Origin: Eledone cirrhosa
Taxonomy: Eukaryota
Direction: 5' to 3'
DNA length: 64,000 nt
NCBI GenBank assembly: GCA_964016885.1
Contig: OZ024740.1
Coordinates: forward strand, 270,878,001 to 270,942,000
Position 1 is the first letter of the stretch. Each line of letters opens with the position of its first letter. The notes beneath the pieces were generated by a model. That model did not search any database, had not been told where the DNA came from, and saw only the letters and a program-made list of their open reading frames with translations. This document shows positions 1 to 13,950 of the stretch, one piece after another. The translations under genes and the position numbers were made by a program.

Positions 1-144
1 ATTTTATCGACCCCGTATGGATGAAAAGCAAAGTTAAGCTCGGCGGGATTTGATCTCAGACCGTAAAGGGCCATACTTCTATTCTTTGATAGACAATTAA
101 TGGTTGATTTACAGTTGATGTAATCTTATTCCAATATGGTATAT

Positions 145-341
145 TAGGGTGGCTGAAAGGTTCATAGGGTGACTATGAAGGAGTGATGCTAGAGCTGTGA
201 AATCTTGTATGCATTAATTTCAACTCTTTTTATTAATAACTGCATTGTTTCTTTCCAGGGATTAAGTTGAAGAATAAACCTCATTTGGCTATTCCATGAG
301 ACTATCTTGGTCCGCCCTATGAACTTTTCAGCCAACCCTCA
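145..341. mobile_element. Mariner-like MITE (related remnant at about 15700-15855)
   Basis: TIR agggtggctgaaaggttcatagg...cctatgaacttttcagccaaccct. Confidence 0.6.
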
Positions 342-640
342 TAGATGAATGCCTCTGGGTAACATTTTTTTCACTGATAAAGCACCGTTCATGGCCTCAG
401 CCTGTCGACTGGAATAGGTAATAGATTAAGATTTAATTCTATGAATATTCTTAAATCGATCGGCAACAGTCACAACAGTTAAATATCCCATACCCGGTGT
501 AATTCAGTTGGCAGAGAACTACTATTCACGAGATCTGTCCAAGATTCCACGACACGTTCACAAAACATCTATCAGCTTAGAGGCTAATAATTGTTTCTAC
601 TTTTGGTACAAGGCCAGCAATTACCCAATACATTAGAGGC

Positions 641-832
641 TAATAATTGTTTCTACTTTTGGCACAAGGCCAGCAATTACTCAGTGCATTACTGGTACTT
701 TATTTTATCGACCCCGTAAGGATGAAAGGCAAAGTTAACCTCGGCGGGATTTGAACTCAGATCATATAGGGAGGTAACTCTATGCTTCAAAGCATGGCGT
801 CCGACCCTCTACTGATACTGCCAATCCACCGC
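641..832 (-). mobile_element. tRNA-derived SINE with RTE-like/Ceph-like body
   Basis: A box (tggcagtatc.g), B box (gttcaaatcc), body gcctttcatccttacggggtcgataaaataaagtaccag, tail agaaacaattatt; TSD ACATTAGAGGCTAATAAT. Confidence 0.85.
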
Positions 833-1158
833 CTGTGGATACATTAGAGGCTAATAATGTTGGCGTGTGTGTACTTGAGCGTGCGTATATGAATGTAAGA
901 GAGGAAGATATGTAGGAGAGAAAGCTTTCGTGTGTTTGTATGTCGTATTTTTAAGGAAAAATATCACATGATTCACATGACAGGTGCAATGTCTCCGAAC
1001 ACGGAAGAGCCGAACTCCCACTGTCATCACCTCCATCTCTCTCGCCCTCCCCATCTCCCTGTATTATGAGCAAATGGGGTCCCACGTGCTGGCCGTCCCA
1101 CAGCCCCGGAGCACAGGATGGAGAAGGCGATTCCCCGGCGGATGGTAAGGAAGACGCA

Positions 1159-1214
1159 CTAGATAAGCCATTCCATCTGGCGAGTATCACACCTGCGGCT
1201 AGCTAGCTCAGCAC
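1159..1214 (-). CDS. Possible terminal exon 11 (GAELASRRCDTRQMEWLI*)
   Basis: tttctgtatag acceptor at the start of a GC-richer island, phase-compatible; no homology support. Confidence 0.25.
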
Positions 1215-1612
1215 CTATACAGAAACTAGGATATTTTGCCACAGTACATTAATTTTCACTAATATAAGATTGTGTAAAGTAATTTGATAACTTCAATTTT
1301 ATTAAAATTGTTTCATATAATGATATTTGATAAAATTTCTTTTATCAAATCAAATCTTGTAGCGATTTCCATCATTTATCATTTCGATATTTCTAACATT
1401 ATTATCAAAACTACATACAATTGTTACCTACATCCACAAAATATCGTTACTGGGATCATGGGAAATTTAATAGAAATAAATACACATTTTTCTGCATTAT
1501 TGTCTACTTCACCTCGAAAGAAACATGTATATAAAATACAAACCAGCTAACCTCTAAAAACACAAATGGGGAGTACCATGAAAAAAGGGGCCCAAAATGG
1601 GGAGAGTTTATA

Positions 1613-1832
1613 TAATGGCTTCTTATATAGGTACAAGGCCAGAAATTTGGGGGGAGGGGAAAGTCGATTGAATCGATCCCAGTGAGTAACTGGTACTTTA
1701 TTTTATCGACCCAGTAAGGATGAAAGGCAAAGTTAACCTCGGCTGGATTTGAACTCAGATCATAAAGGGTCGTAACTCTATGCTGCAAAGCATGGCGTCC
1801 GATCCTCTACCGATACTGCCAATCCACCGCCC
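1613..1832 (-). mobile_element. Same SINE family, nested in a MITE
   Basis: TSD GGGAGAGTTTATATAATG at 1600-1617 and 1836-1853. Confidence 0.85.
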
Positions 1833-4461
1833 TCAGGGAGAGTTTATATAATGAAAGCTATACCCATTTTCACAATAATAGGGAGACGGGGAGAAATGAA
1901 CAAAAAAGGGGAGATCTCCCGGTCGATCGGGGAGAGTTGATGTCTGAAAATATGTTTGCCTTAGATCATTTATTTAATTTATTATTTAAATGTTTGTTAT
2001 TTTATTTTTCTCCTCTTTTACACTTTTTTTATTTTAGTTTTTATTTATTTTTTTTTATTACTTGGATGAAAAGCAAAGTTGACTTCAGAATCTCGCCGAG
2101 GTCAACTTTGCCTATCATCCTTTCGAGGTCGATAAAATAAAGTACCAGTAATGCCTGGGATAATTGCTGGCCTTGTGCCAAAGGTAGAAGCAATTATTTA
2201 ATTTTTGTTATTTTATTTTTCCCCTTTTACTCTTTTCTTTTATTTTAGTTTTTATTAATTTTTTTTTTATTACTTGTCTAACTAGTTCTTTTTTATTACC
2301 AACTGTACTTCCTCTAGTCTGTCATAGCTTACTAGCTCTATACGGTCGTTTAAATTGAATAAATAAATAAATAAATACAAATATACACAAGAACTGCGTT
2401 CATCAACTAAGCTCGAAGTGGACACTGAAATGCGTTGCATACCCCTGGCTTTACGGCAAGGCATGGAGATGTATGTTCTTTTGTATAGCACCTCAGTCTA
2501 TTACAAATATTATTGCAAAATATCTAGTACCTATTTCCAAATGATCCGATACAGAGCAAGTAGATTTTACTGCACGAAAACACAACGAAACACAGTGGAA
2601 ACATTGAATTGCAGGTAATTCAGCATTTTATCTACTCAACCACTTTATATTTTCATTGTTCCCAGATAAAAATTCTTATTCTTTAATTTCCATCTCAGAA
2701 ATCCTATAATTCTCTAGATTTTAAATGTCAACAACAAAGAACGCCTCTGCCGAGATATGAATATATTATCATGCGTATACAGATATTAACTCATCAATCC
2801 TTTACAGAACTATACGTCATTATGTGGAGCGGTGAGAACAATTACACGCAAAAAAACCCCACGTAAATGGTATGTATATGGATATGTACATAAAATATAC
2901 GTAAACATAGTTCGGTCATCTAGTGCAGTGCTTTAGCCATCTTCAAGTTATGATACAATATAAAGGTGTTCATTAATAAAGTTCTTGTCGGCAACATTAA
3001 CTCACTCACAAAAAAAAAAAAAAAAAAAAAAATACGTGAGAATCTAACTATATACACTTTTCATTGCCTTTGAATGATCATTTCATCATTGTGAATTTAT
3101 AATAGAATCTGCATGTTTCCACGGAACATCTACGGTGACATATTACTTAAAAGTTCTACTAACTGAAAAATGAAATAACAAATGAAGCGCAACACGATAC
3201 ACACGATTTAATATATTAGTTTGTATAGATCAGTTGATCAAATAGAAAAACAATGAAGATTATTATTCAGCAAAAACTCAATTATTTCAAAAGTTCTACT
3301 TACTCTCAATAACTACAGGTGACTCTGTCGCATTTTTCTGTGCTGTAAATAGTAAACAGAACTTTATATTAACTCATAGTTAATTATCGTAAGCTTAGTA
3401 AAAAATTAAGATAAATAGCATGTCGACATTCAAATAATTTATATTCTACGTGATTAATTTTTGTTAAGTAAATATCACTGCGCCCAATGTTCTTTTTATT
3501 TTGTACGAGCTAAGAACATTTTAAGTATATTTTACTCTTTAAAGTTAAAATCCTGTGTTTACATAAATTTGTATGCGCAACAAAATACAGTATTATTTTA
3601 CCATTCGACTTTAGATTATACATAAGTGCAAAAGTTTAAATGGAAAATTACTGAAGTTATTTTTTTACATAAGCTATATTCTGTATCTATGGCTGAGAGC
3701 TGAGACACTTACTCCCTCGACTCATCATAAACCATTTCTGTTCTTTGTGACTTCACATCTATGTCTATGACAATTAACTTCTTCAAAAGGATTTGCTTCT
3801 TTCGTTCCACATATGAGTAAACCAAGTCACACAATATAGTCTCAGATAAGACCTGCCGATTTCCCAAACTCAAGAGTCGATAGTTTCATACGTAATCTTA
3901 TTAGAACATTTACCTGATTTATAAGGATAGTAAATGAAGCTGTGCAATATCCAAACTTCAAGAACATTATTGATATTAGTAAAGTGAGATAAATGCAATC
4001 AAAAATTAACACTAAGAGGTGTATTCGATTCAGAATTAGCTTACGTTTACAGCGCACATTTCCATTTTGCGTCGAATAAAGTATAATTATAGTTCCCAAT
4101 TCGTTTGCATATATGAAAACGAATATACCTAGTCTTTTTATTTATACTATTTTCTACATTTCTCATAACGGTCTCTTTATTTTCGTAACGATTCATGCTG
4201 AGAAAAGCAGGTGAAGAAAATAAAATTAAAATAATGTAAATAGCAAACAACCGATCGTTTCACCATCGCCTAATGTGTAAGCCAACCTCATATAAATCAT
4301 CATGATTATAATCGGAAACCACAGATATAAAAACTAAAGGAAATAAAATAATAAAATATTTCTCGCTTAGCACTCTCTTCACGATGGTCGCAATAAGCAA
4401 ATTTATGTTAAGCTTAGAATATAAATCGAAAAATTGAAACAAAATTGATATGTTTACTAAC

Positions 4462-5028
4462 CTTCACAAGCTCGGAATGCCACAGCTTTCTTTATGTTAT
4501 TCAAAGCCGCAAAATTATTTACCAGGAAAACGTGTTTCTTAACCGTTGCTGATGCAATTTGCTCCAATTCTGTGGGATAAACTTTGCTACCAATGCCAAT
4601 AGAAAACACGATAACGCCATCTTTCTTGAGAGCAGCAGCTTCTTGAGCTGTCGTGACAGGAACATTCGACCGTCCATCAGTGATGACAATTGCTATTTTA
4701 GGAACGTTCTGACGAGCTCCGTTTTGCTGGAGAAAACTCGTTGTACGTATGTAATTTATCGCCTCACCAGTATTTGTCGAACCACCTTTGTAAGGTATTT
4801 TCTTTATCTCATCTAGTATATCTGACATATTGTAATATTTGTTCATATGAAAGCGCAGCGTTGCATGATCTGCAAATGTTACCACACCTACATGTACAGA
4901 GTCTTTTCCAACTTCAAAACTTCTTGTGATGGCTTCGACAAACGTTAGCATTCGGTGGAAATTATTAGCTCCAACACTGCTAGATGCATCGAGTGCGAAT
5001 ACAACGTCTGCGATAGAGTAATTACATT
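4462..5028 (-). CDS. Exon 10: complete VWA domain 3 (MIDAS DASSS...T...TDG), matrilin/collagen VI-type
   Basis: tttcag acceptor; 567 nt; ends either at G|gttagt donor or by read-through to GGT TAG at 4457. Confidence 0.93.
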
Positions 5029-5906
5029 CTGAAATTGAAGTGTTATGAAACGTAATTAGATGTATTTTAATTTTCATTTGTATTCATTTAGACCTTAAAC
5101 TATATACAGAAAAGTTAAACTGACAGATGAAGATTATGTATCTTATATATTATTCATTCGAGGAGTTTAGATGGTGAGTGTCATCTCCAAATAGATCCTT
5201 CAAGGTTAATATTTATTAAAACATAAAATTCTTACATGGAGCTTGCACATCACAAATACCTATTTATTCCCGCTATATATTCTGCGAAATATATTTTTCT
5301 TAATGTTTGTTTCAAACGAGAAGGTGCTTTATTCTTTTATTTTACTACTAATTGCTGTCATTGAATGGCGCAATGCTGAAGCTACTACATTCTAAGGTTT
5401 TAGGCGATTATATTTGTCCCGTATTTGGATCTTGTTTTATGAATCTGGTACTGAAAGAAAAGCAAAGTCGAAATTGGTATGAAGCAAAGTAAATTCTACA
5501 GAACCAAATACGACAATACTTTTTATAACAACACGATAGTTATGAAAAAGCAAATTGGCAGTGTCGTTAGAACGTCGGATAGAGTACACTGCGGTATGCA
5601 TTTCGGCTTTCTGTGATGTGAGTTCAAAGCCCACCGATATCAACTTTGCCTTTCATCATGTTGAAGTCGATAAAAAAATTAACAGTCCAGTGCTAGAGTA
5701 GATTCTTCTTATATATCTCTTTCACACTTCCTTCTCTTTCTCTCTCTCATGAAGAAATGGACTGTGTTCAGATCTAGAGAAGAGGACGGGCTCCTACAAC
5801 TCAAATGACAGTCTAGAGCAGACGCAAAACGAATTTCAGTTATCAAGTAAGATAATATATGATCTATGGTAGATGAAGACTAGCTCTGAAAATAATTTTC
5901 ACTTAC

Positions 5907-5933
5907 TTGGTGCTGGAGACGTAGGTGGTTCAG
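5907..5933 (-). CDS. Exon 9: 27-nt Pro/Thr linker microexon (TEPPTSPAP)
   Basis: poly-T tract plus cag acceptor, gtaagt donor, phase 1-1. Confidence 0.82.
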
Positions 5934-6073
5934 CTGAAAAAAAAAATAAACAAAACAAAATATTATATACAGATATACTTTATATAATACAGAAACATAC
6001 ATATATATATATATATATATACACATATAGATATGTATATATATAAATACATATGTACATAAACATACATTTG

Positions 6074-6117
<44 letters not shown>

Positions 6118-6260
6118 TGGAAATGGTTTCTACAGAACTAGAACTGTCTTTCGTTGGAAGGAAATCACCAGGAAAGCCTCTGCTATGTATAGAGCACTTT
6201 ATTTACTTTGGTTACGCCCGATTAAACCCAGGATGCACACAGAGACACACACACGCGCAC

Positions 6261-6340
<80 letters not shown>

Positions 6341-6780
6341 ACAGTTATAAATATGTGAATACATGGAAACAAAAATAAATATATAACACTAACAACGATG
6401 ACGATTACGACTACAATCTAAACTATAATAAAGGGAGGAGTGCGGAACAGCGTCCAGAATATATATTTTTTTATCCGGTGTGTAAAATAAGTTGGATTAC
6501 TTTGAATAAATAATGACTGAATACTACATAATATAATTTATCTACTAAATTTCGTTATTCTTGATTAAATATAAATAATTTTGTCGCTTATTTTAAGATT
6601 CACTTCTTTAAAATTTTCCAACGTAAACAATGTAAACACTTAAGCAATCGTTTAAGTAAACAGTCGTATATTTCCGTCAATGGATTACGTTACTGATTAC
6701 ATAAGACAGTGTAACGTAGTCTTCGTTCAATTTCTGTGTATATTGTCAATTACGATTTTATTTGATGTATCGTATCTACA

Positions 6781-7817
6781 GGCTTATGGAATCCCCAAGA
6801 AGATAGTGGACCTGATATCACTGCTCTACACCAACACCAAAGCCCAAGTCATTACACCTGATGGGATGACAGAGTTCTTTGAGATTCTGGCTGGAGTGCT
6901 CCAGGGAGATACATTGGCTCCCTACCTTTTTATCATCGTAGTGGACTATTGTATGCGCCTTGCACTGGAGAAACACCAGGACTCTGGCTTTACTGTGGCA
7001 CCGGCTCAGAGCAGGAGAGTTAGGGTGAAAAAGGTATCGGATGCTGAATTTGCTGACGACATGGTTTTGGTGATAAATACAGTGAAGGAGGCAGAGGATT
7101 TGATGCGGGAGGTTGAGACTGTGTCGATGAGTGTGGGGCTGAGAATGAATGAGACTAAAACAAAATATCTGATAGAGAATGTTGAGAAGCCAGAGGGGAT
7201 CACTAATGTAGGCGGGAAGGCGCTGGAATTGGTTGAGGACTTCCTGTATTTGGGAGCAAAGATTGGGAATACGGAGGATGATGTGGTTGAGAGGAAGAGC
7301 AAGGCCTGGGCGGCGTGCCACAGCTTGAGATCGGTGTGGAAGTCGGACCTTCGTAGAGACCTGAAAATCCGCCTCTTCATTGCTGTAGTGGAGTCTGTGC
7401 TGCTGTATGGGTCTGAGACTTGGACACTGACCAAGAAACTCACTCAGATGGTGGATGGATGCTACACGAGAATGCTGAGGATGGCTCTGAACATTAATCA
7501 GTATACACTGAGGATGAAAAACTCAGAGCTGTATGGGAGCATCCCAAAAGTCAGCTCAAAAGTGACACAGAGGAGACTGAGGTTAGCTGGACATGCTCAC
7601 CGACATCCATAGTTAACATTGCACTCAGTACTCCTTTGGGAGCCCCTACATGGACACACTAGAAGAAGAAGACCAAGGTTAACGTATGTTGATGCCCTAA
7701 GGACATACACTGGTCTGTTGGAGACGCAGAACATGGCAGCGATAATGAGAGACAAAGACCGCTGGAGAGAACTCGTCCATGGATCTCGGGAATTTTACCC
7801 GCCTTAGATAGATAGAT
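6781..7817 (+). mobile_element. 5'-truncated RTE-clade LINE (RT C-terminal half), decayed
   Basis: GVLQGDTLAPYLF, FADD, LLYGSETWTL, RLRLAGH motifs; internal stop at 7610; (TAGA)n tail; TATCTACA on both flanks. Confidence 0.9.
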
Positions 7818-7953
7818 ATCTACATGCATATATACTTGCGTATAATATCAATACGCACACTACACAGGCTAGCAGAAAACCACCCGAAGGGTGGTATTTC
7901 TGCTAGTGGTGATAACAGATTTAGATGATAAGTTCTAAGTTGTGTGCACTTAC

Positions 7954-8103
7954 TAGGACAGGGTTGCTGATTGCAGGCTTCACTCTGTGAAGTACTTCCA
8001 TAACATTTCTTAAGAAGACACTTTCGTGTACGGTTTCTATGGCCAGTGTTGCATGATGCTGAACAAGGACTCCAAGGACTCCAGTCACCATATTGACGCT
8101 TCG
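7954..8103 (-). CDS. Exon 8: thrombospondin type-1 repeat 2 (AKRQYGDWSPWSPCSASCNTGHRNRTRKCLLKKCYGSTSQSEACNQQPCP)
   Basis: ttttctag acceptor, gtaagt donor, 150 nt, phase 1-1; TSP1 motifs; paralogous to exon 4. Confidence 0.92.
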
Positions 8104-8656
8104 CTAGAAAACAAAATTTAAAATAATGATTTTTGTAAATTTTAATATATAAATGCGTATGTATATATGTACGTTCTTCTGGTACGTATGTATGTTCTTC
8201 TGGTTTTATAATTTCACAGTTTTTTTTTATGTATGTAAACTTTAGTAAATATATATTGTATTTTCATCGGGTATTAATAAATCCGGTTAAGGTCGGATGG
8301 AGATACTATTTTTTTTTTATCTATATTATGTTTCAGGTTAATGGAGGACTGTGTATCAACCCTGTTGCTCTATTTGCTATAAATTCTTCAAGGAGGAAAT
8401 GTTAAATACTGTAATCCTATTTATACTGTATCTGAAATAGCAATGATGGAATGATTATGTCTAGAACGCCCTGGATTATATTGATAAGGGTTGCCATTAA
8501 GTTAAACAGCATCAACAATCGCATGAAACTACAAGAAACAATCTTGACTCAAGTGAGGTTGGTAAGTATTCGTAGTTAAATATTGCTACGACGACGACGA
8601 CGACGAAGAAGAAGAAATGGGTAGTTCTGTTTGCTGGTTGTATGTACACACACACT

Positions 8657-8710
<54 letters not shown>

Positions 8711-8808
8711 TATAGCCTCGTTTAATTGATTTTTTTGTGTGGTTAATTAAGCTGATTGGGAGGTGAAATACTGTATATATTTTATCAAATGATTCTATGG
8801 ACTTACTT

Positions 8809-8862
<54 letters not shown>

Positions 8863-8957
8863 CAGAAAACACAGAAGCGAAAAGCGAAAACCAACCAAAC
8901 AGTGAGTGTGTTCTGTTATTAATTCTGGCAATATTACACAAATATGACCCTCCCCAA

Positions 8958-8991
<34 letters not shown>

Positions 8992-9803
8992 CTGAAGACA
9001 TTATTTCTGAAGACAGCATATATATGTGATGGTATGTATATTCTCCTTGATAGTTTGTATAATTTTGTACATAGATCTTTTGAATATGCATGCCAATTCT
9101 AACACATATATGTCCTAGAAACGATCGTAAAATAATGAACTTTTTTTGTTTAATATAAGGAACTGTTTCTTTGTTTTATTCATTATTTTTTAAATATTTT
9201 ATCTTGACTCTGTATTCCGTTTATCTTTCACCGAAAGTGATTTTTGAATGCATCTCTTCTTTCCATGATATCCGGATTACATTGAGTTCTTCATACGGAT
9301 TGGACACTACCGTAAACTTTTGGTAGATTTATATATATATATATATTTATTTATTTATTTATGAAAATAACATATTAAAGGTTAAGCAAAGAATCGCTGC
9401 TTTCACCCTTAACGGGATCTTCTGAAACGCGTTTCAGAAGATCCCATTAAGGGTGAAAGCAGCGATTCTTTGCTTAACCTTTAATATGTTATTTTCATAA
9501 ATATTTGCTCTACGGTTCTTATATATTTGATATATATTTATCCTTATCGAGCCCTCTTTGGATTTTAGTCTTCAAATTTATTATTATATATATATATATA
9601 TATTTTCTATCCACTGAATTATTTTTTAATAAGTTTCTAGAGTCCACGCTTTGCCTGGATACTTAGATGAGAATAGTCTTCCCTGACGACGGAATGAATC
9701 CCTGTATTTTCTTCGGAAAATATATTTATTCCATTCCAGAAACTAATTAGTTGGAAGTGATATTTTAGTAAGTAAGTTAATTTTATAATTTTCTTATTTT
9801 ACG

Positions 9804-9876
<73 letters not shown>

Positions 9877-9884
9877 ATATACAT

Positions 9885-9937
9885 GAGATTCTACAGGACT
9901 AGAACTGTTTCATTGTTTAGAAATCATCAGGAATCTC
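9885..9937 (-). ncRNA. Stand-alone type-I hammerhead motif between TA tracts
   Basis: GAGATTC-CTGATGA...GAAA-CAG...CTG-TA-GAATCTC; stem II is weak. Confidence 0.6.
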
Positions 9938-9987
9938 ATATATGCATATATATATAAATGGATAGACAGATAGAGGTGACTTTTGTA

Positions 9988-10273
9988 TAATAATTATTTC
10001 TACTTTTTGGCACAAGTCCAGCAAATAACAGTGCATTACTGGTACTTTATTTTATCGCCCCCGTAAGGATGAAAGGCAATGTTAACCTCGGTGGGATTTG
10101 AACTCAGAATGGCAAGGGCCTGAACTCTATGCGTCAAAGCATGGCGTCTGACCCTCTACAGGTACCGCCGATCCATTGTATAATAATTGTTTCTACTATT
10201 GGAACAAGGCCAGCAATTATCCCAGTGCATTACTGGTACTTTATTTTATCGACCCCGTAAGGATGAAAGGCAA
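9988..10273 (-). mobile_element. Two tandem SINE copies (one full, one truncated)
   Basis: Matches the SINE consensus; TTGTATAATAATT repeated. Confidence 0.8.
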
Positions 10274-10606
10274 CAGTTGGATGCCTAGTGTATATATATC
10301 AAACATTTGATTATATAACGAAATATTTATTCATACACTAATGCTTACTCTATCTGCAAAAGAGTAATGAATTTTTCATTTTACATTTCTAACATCAAAT
10401 CATCTACCATTCAGAAAATATAATGAGAAAAATACTTCAAAAATCCCTTTAAAATGTTAATCATGTAGAGAGAAGGTATTATAAATATGTTACACTTTTA
10501 GAATCCCTTTCAGATTTTATGAATTACATTCGATTTACTGATCCGTTAAGGACATTATATTAAGGACATTATATTACATAAACACAAGCGGTAACTATGA
10601 AGTAAC

Positions 10607-10696
<90 letters not shown>

Positions 10697-10885
10697 TATA
10701 ATATATAAATGTATATATCAATATACATATATATATACATACATACAAATGTATATATATAATTATAATATATAAATATATACATCCGTATCCATACATA
10801 TATATATATATATATATATATGCAAATATATATATATACAAATATATATATAACATTATACATATATATATATATATATATATGT

Positions 10886-10941
<56 letters not shown>

Positions 10942-11037
10942 TTATATACCATTATAATAAACTCATGATAATGAAGCTGCAGCGGAGAATGTCAGTGTAA
11001 AAAATCAATGGATTGTTTGTTTTGGCAGTCAATAACA

Positions 11038-11223
11038 AATAATTGTTTCTACTTTAGGCACAAGGCCAGCAAAATACCCAGTTCATTACTGGTACTTTAT
11101 TTTATCGACCCCGTAAGGATGAAAGGCAAAGTTAACCTCGGCGGGATTTGAACTCAGACTGTAAAGGGACGTAACTATGCTAGAAAGCATGGCGTCCAAC
11201 CCTCTTACGATACTGCCAATTTA
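11038..11223 (-). mobile_element. SINE copy
   Basis: Matches the SINE consensus. Confidence 0.85.
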
Positions 11224-11271
11224 CACTAATATATTAACTTATGTATACATATATAAGTACACACCCATACC

Positions 11272-11320
<49 letters not shown>

Positions 11321-11330
11321 ATATATATGT

Positions 11331-11620
11331 CAGGTCACCAGTTGGTGCTACTGGTAAAATGTATCCCAGTACAACCTGTCTCATGGTCGGGTCGTTGGCG
11401 ACTAAACTGGCAACCCCACCAAGGTTTCTTGGTGAGCAGGGTGACTTTGGACATCCTGCAGGACTAAAGACAAAACCTGTCAAAGGGCAAAGGAGCTCTT
11501 AAGAGTCAATGGCCATCCAAAATCACCGGGAGAGATGACCTCTTAGCCTTTGTCAAGGCAGAATTCTAGGAGAAGGAAAACTCTGATATAACACCTGCAA
11601 CCCTGATGGTATCCAATGAT
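11331..11620 (+). mobile_element. RTE-type 5'-region repeat (also at 23799-24230 and 53460-53545)
   Basis: Three mutually similar copies (aaaacctgtcaaagggc...gagtcaacggccatcc); family assignment is from memory. Confidence 0.5.
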
Positions 11621-11949
11621 GTTGACTTGTTCTTCTTTTTGGTAAATATCATCTTGGTTAAGAGAGTGGGACTGGCTTTGTGCAGTGCCTTTGCTCACTA
11701 TAAAAGCTTCATGGCACAGACATTGCTTTATATCTGGAGATCTCTCTGCACTTGTCGTCACATGGTACCATGGGCCCAGCACTATGTGTCAATAATTGTC
11801 ACAAGTGTAGTGTTTGTACCAGAGTTTTCAAGTCGCTGGCTGGACTAAAAAGTCACACTCGTTCAGCGCATCGGTAGGGGTTCTCCTACATGGATATAAA
11901 GTAGTGGCCGTACTCGAAAACGAGTTGGCAGCCACCATATATATATATA

Positions 11950-12028
<79 letters not shown>

Positions 12029-12523
12029 ATTTATATATTTATATATATATATATGTTTATTAGAGAGAGAGGAGAGGAAATATATAGAGAGAAATAGAAA
12101 GAGTAAGTGAGAGAGAGGGAGAGAGACAGAGAGAGAGAGAGTGAGAGGGAAAGAGAGAGGAAGGGATGTCCATACAAACATAGGAATGGAAATGAGTAAT
12201 AATATCTTCCTCCTTACTTCTCTCATAAATTGTATTGAAATGACATATATCCACCTAGATGATCAGAACAAAGAATATATATGTTTATGTGTATATGAGT
12301 GAGTATGTTTGGCTGTCTTTGTTAACAACACAAATAACAGCCTTGAAGCTCGTTAGTTCTATCACAACGGGTATCTGTAACTCTGCTAGAATATATATAC
12401 ATATACACACACATATATATATATGTGTCCATATATATATATGTATATGTATATATATACATATATATATACATATATATATATATTTATATGGACACTA
12501 TATATAGATATATATATATATAG

Positions 12524-12573
<50 letters not shown>

Positions 12574-12714
12574 GGAGGGGCGTGTGAGCATGTACATATA
12601 CATATTGACATGTATATATAAATGTGTATAAATGAAACCATATATATGTATATATGCATACATAACTATGTATACATACACATAGATCTTCCTATATCTA
12701 CATATATATATATG

Positions 12715-13950
12715 GAAATATTCTCCCAATTTGTAGAACACTTATAATGAAACAATTGTTTGGAAAGAGAGATATATTTTAACTTTAATTATATCTCATA
12801 AAATAATACAACTGGCTTTTCCACATAATACATATTGTTAGCACCCCAAACACTTAAATTGGGTTCATATTAAAATATAACCTAATGTTTGTTGAGTGAG
12901 ATGGTTACCAGTCAGAGTTTAGCTTTAAACTATCTCTGTTATTGTATTAAATATTTTACTCTTGATTGGCCAGAGGTGTTTATTTCCAGGTACCTTTTAA
13001 ATTTGACTTTCCGTATTTATTACTGTTGTGGATTATTGTGGGTTTTTATTGTTGTAACTTCTTTGTTTTTTAGCCTAAGAAAATATATATATGCCTATGT
13101 ATATAATTACATGCAAACATTTATTTTTTTTTATTAATTGAGTTCTTTACACGAGGAATTGATATTGGTTTTGAAATAGCTAATTAACCCGCGTGTGTTT
13201 TATATTTTACTCTTAATTCGGCCGGAGATTTACATTCCCATTTGCCCTTTAAAACATAACTTTCCGTATTTACTACGGTTATGAGATGCGGTTTCTTATT
13301 CGGGTACAACTTCTGATTTTAGCCTAAGAAAATATCTATATGCGTGTGTAATTTATACACGCATATATTTATTTTTTTAATTTCAATTGAGTTCTTAACA
13401 CGTTGGGTTGATAATGTTTTCGATAAAACTAATTAACCCGCGTGTATATTATTTTTTTTCCTCCTTTCGTGGATCGTAGTTGTCTCCCCTTCCTGCTTCG
13501 TGACACTAAAATACTTCCTCAGTCAAAAACTGCTGGAATTTCAAATTTAGCGGTCATTCGATGCGAGAAGGAGCAACTTAACAGACACGATTTTTGACTG
13601 CGGTAAGAATTTTTTTCTTATATCAAAGTTTAATGGGCTTCCACTGATGATTTATAAACGCCCACCTAAATATATTCTTACATGAATGTATATTAGGCTT
13701 CTACATAAACTTGAAATATTCTCCCAATTTGTAGAAAACTTATAATGAAACAATTGTTTGGAAAGAGAGATATATTTTAACTTTAATTATATCTCATAAA
13801 ATAATACAATTGGCTTTTCCACATAATACATATTGTTAGCACCCCAAACACTTAAATTGGGTTCATATTAAAATATAACCTAATGTTTGTTGAGTGAGAT
13901 GGTTATCAGTCAGAGTTTAGCTTTAAACTATCTCTGTTATTGTATTAAAT
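12715..13950 (+). repeat. Element with about 235-bp direct terminal repeats about 1 kb apart, within TA tracts
   Basis: 12715-12950 matches 13713-13949; internal imperfect duplication; CTGATGA...GAAATATTC at 13643-13721. Confidence 0.75.

Noticed and set aside
6680-6780. N-terminal part of the 310-aa ORF
   Set aside because: Chance in-frame flank upstream of the 5'-truncated RTE; not part of a gene
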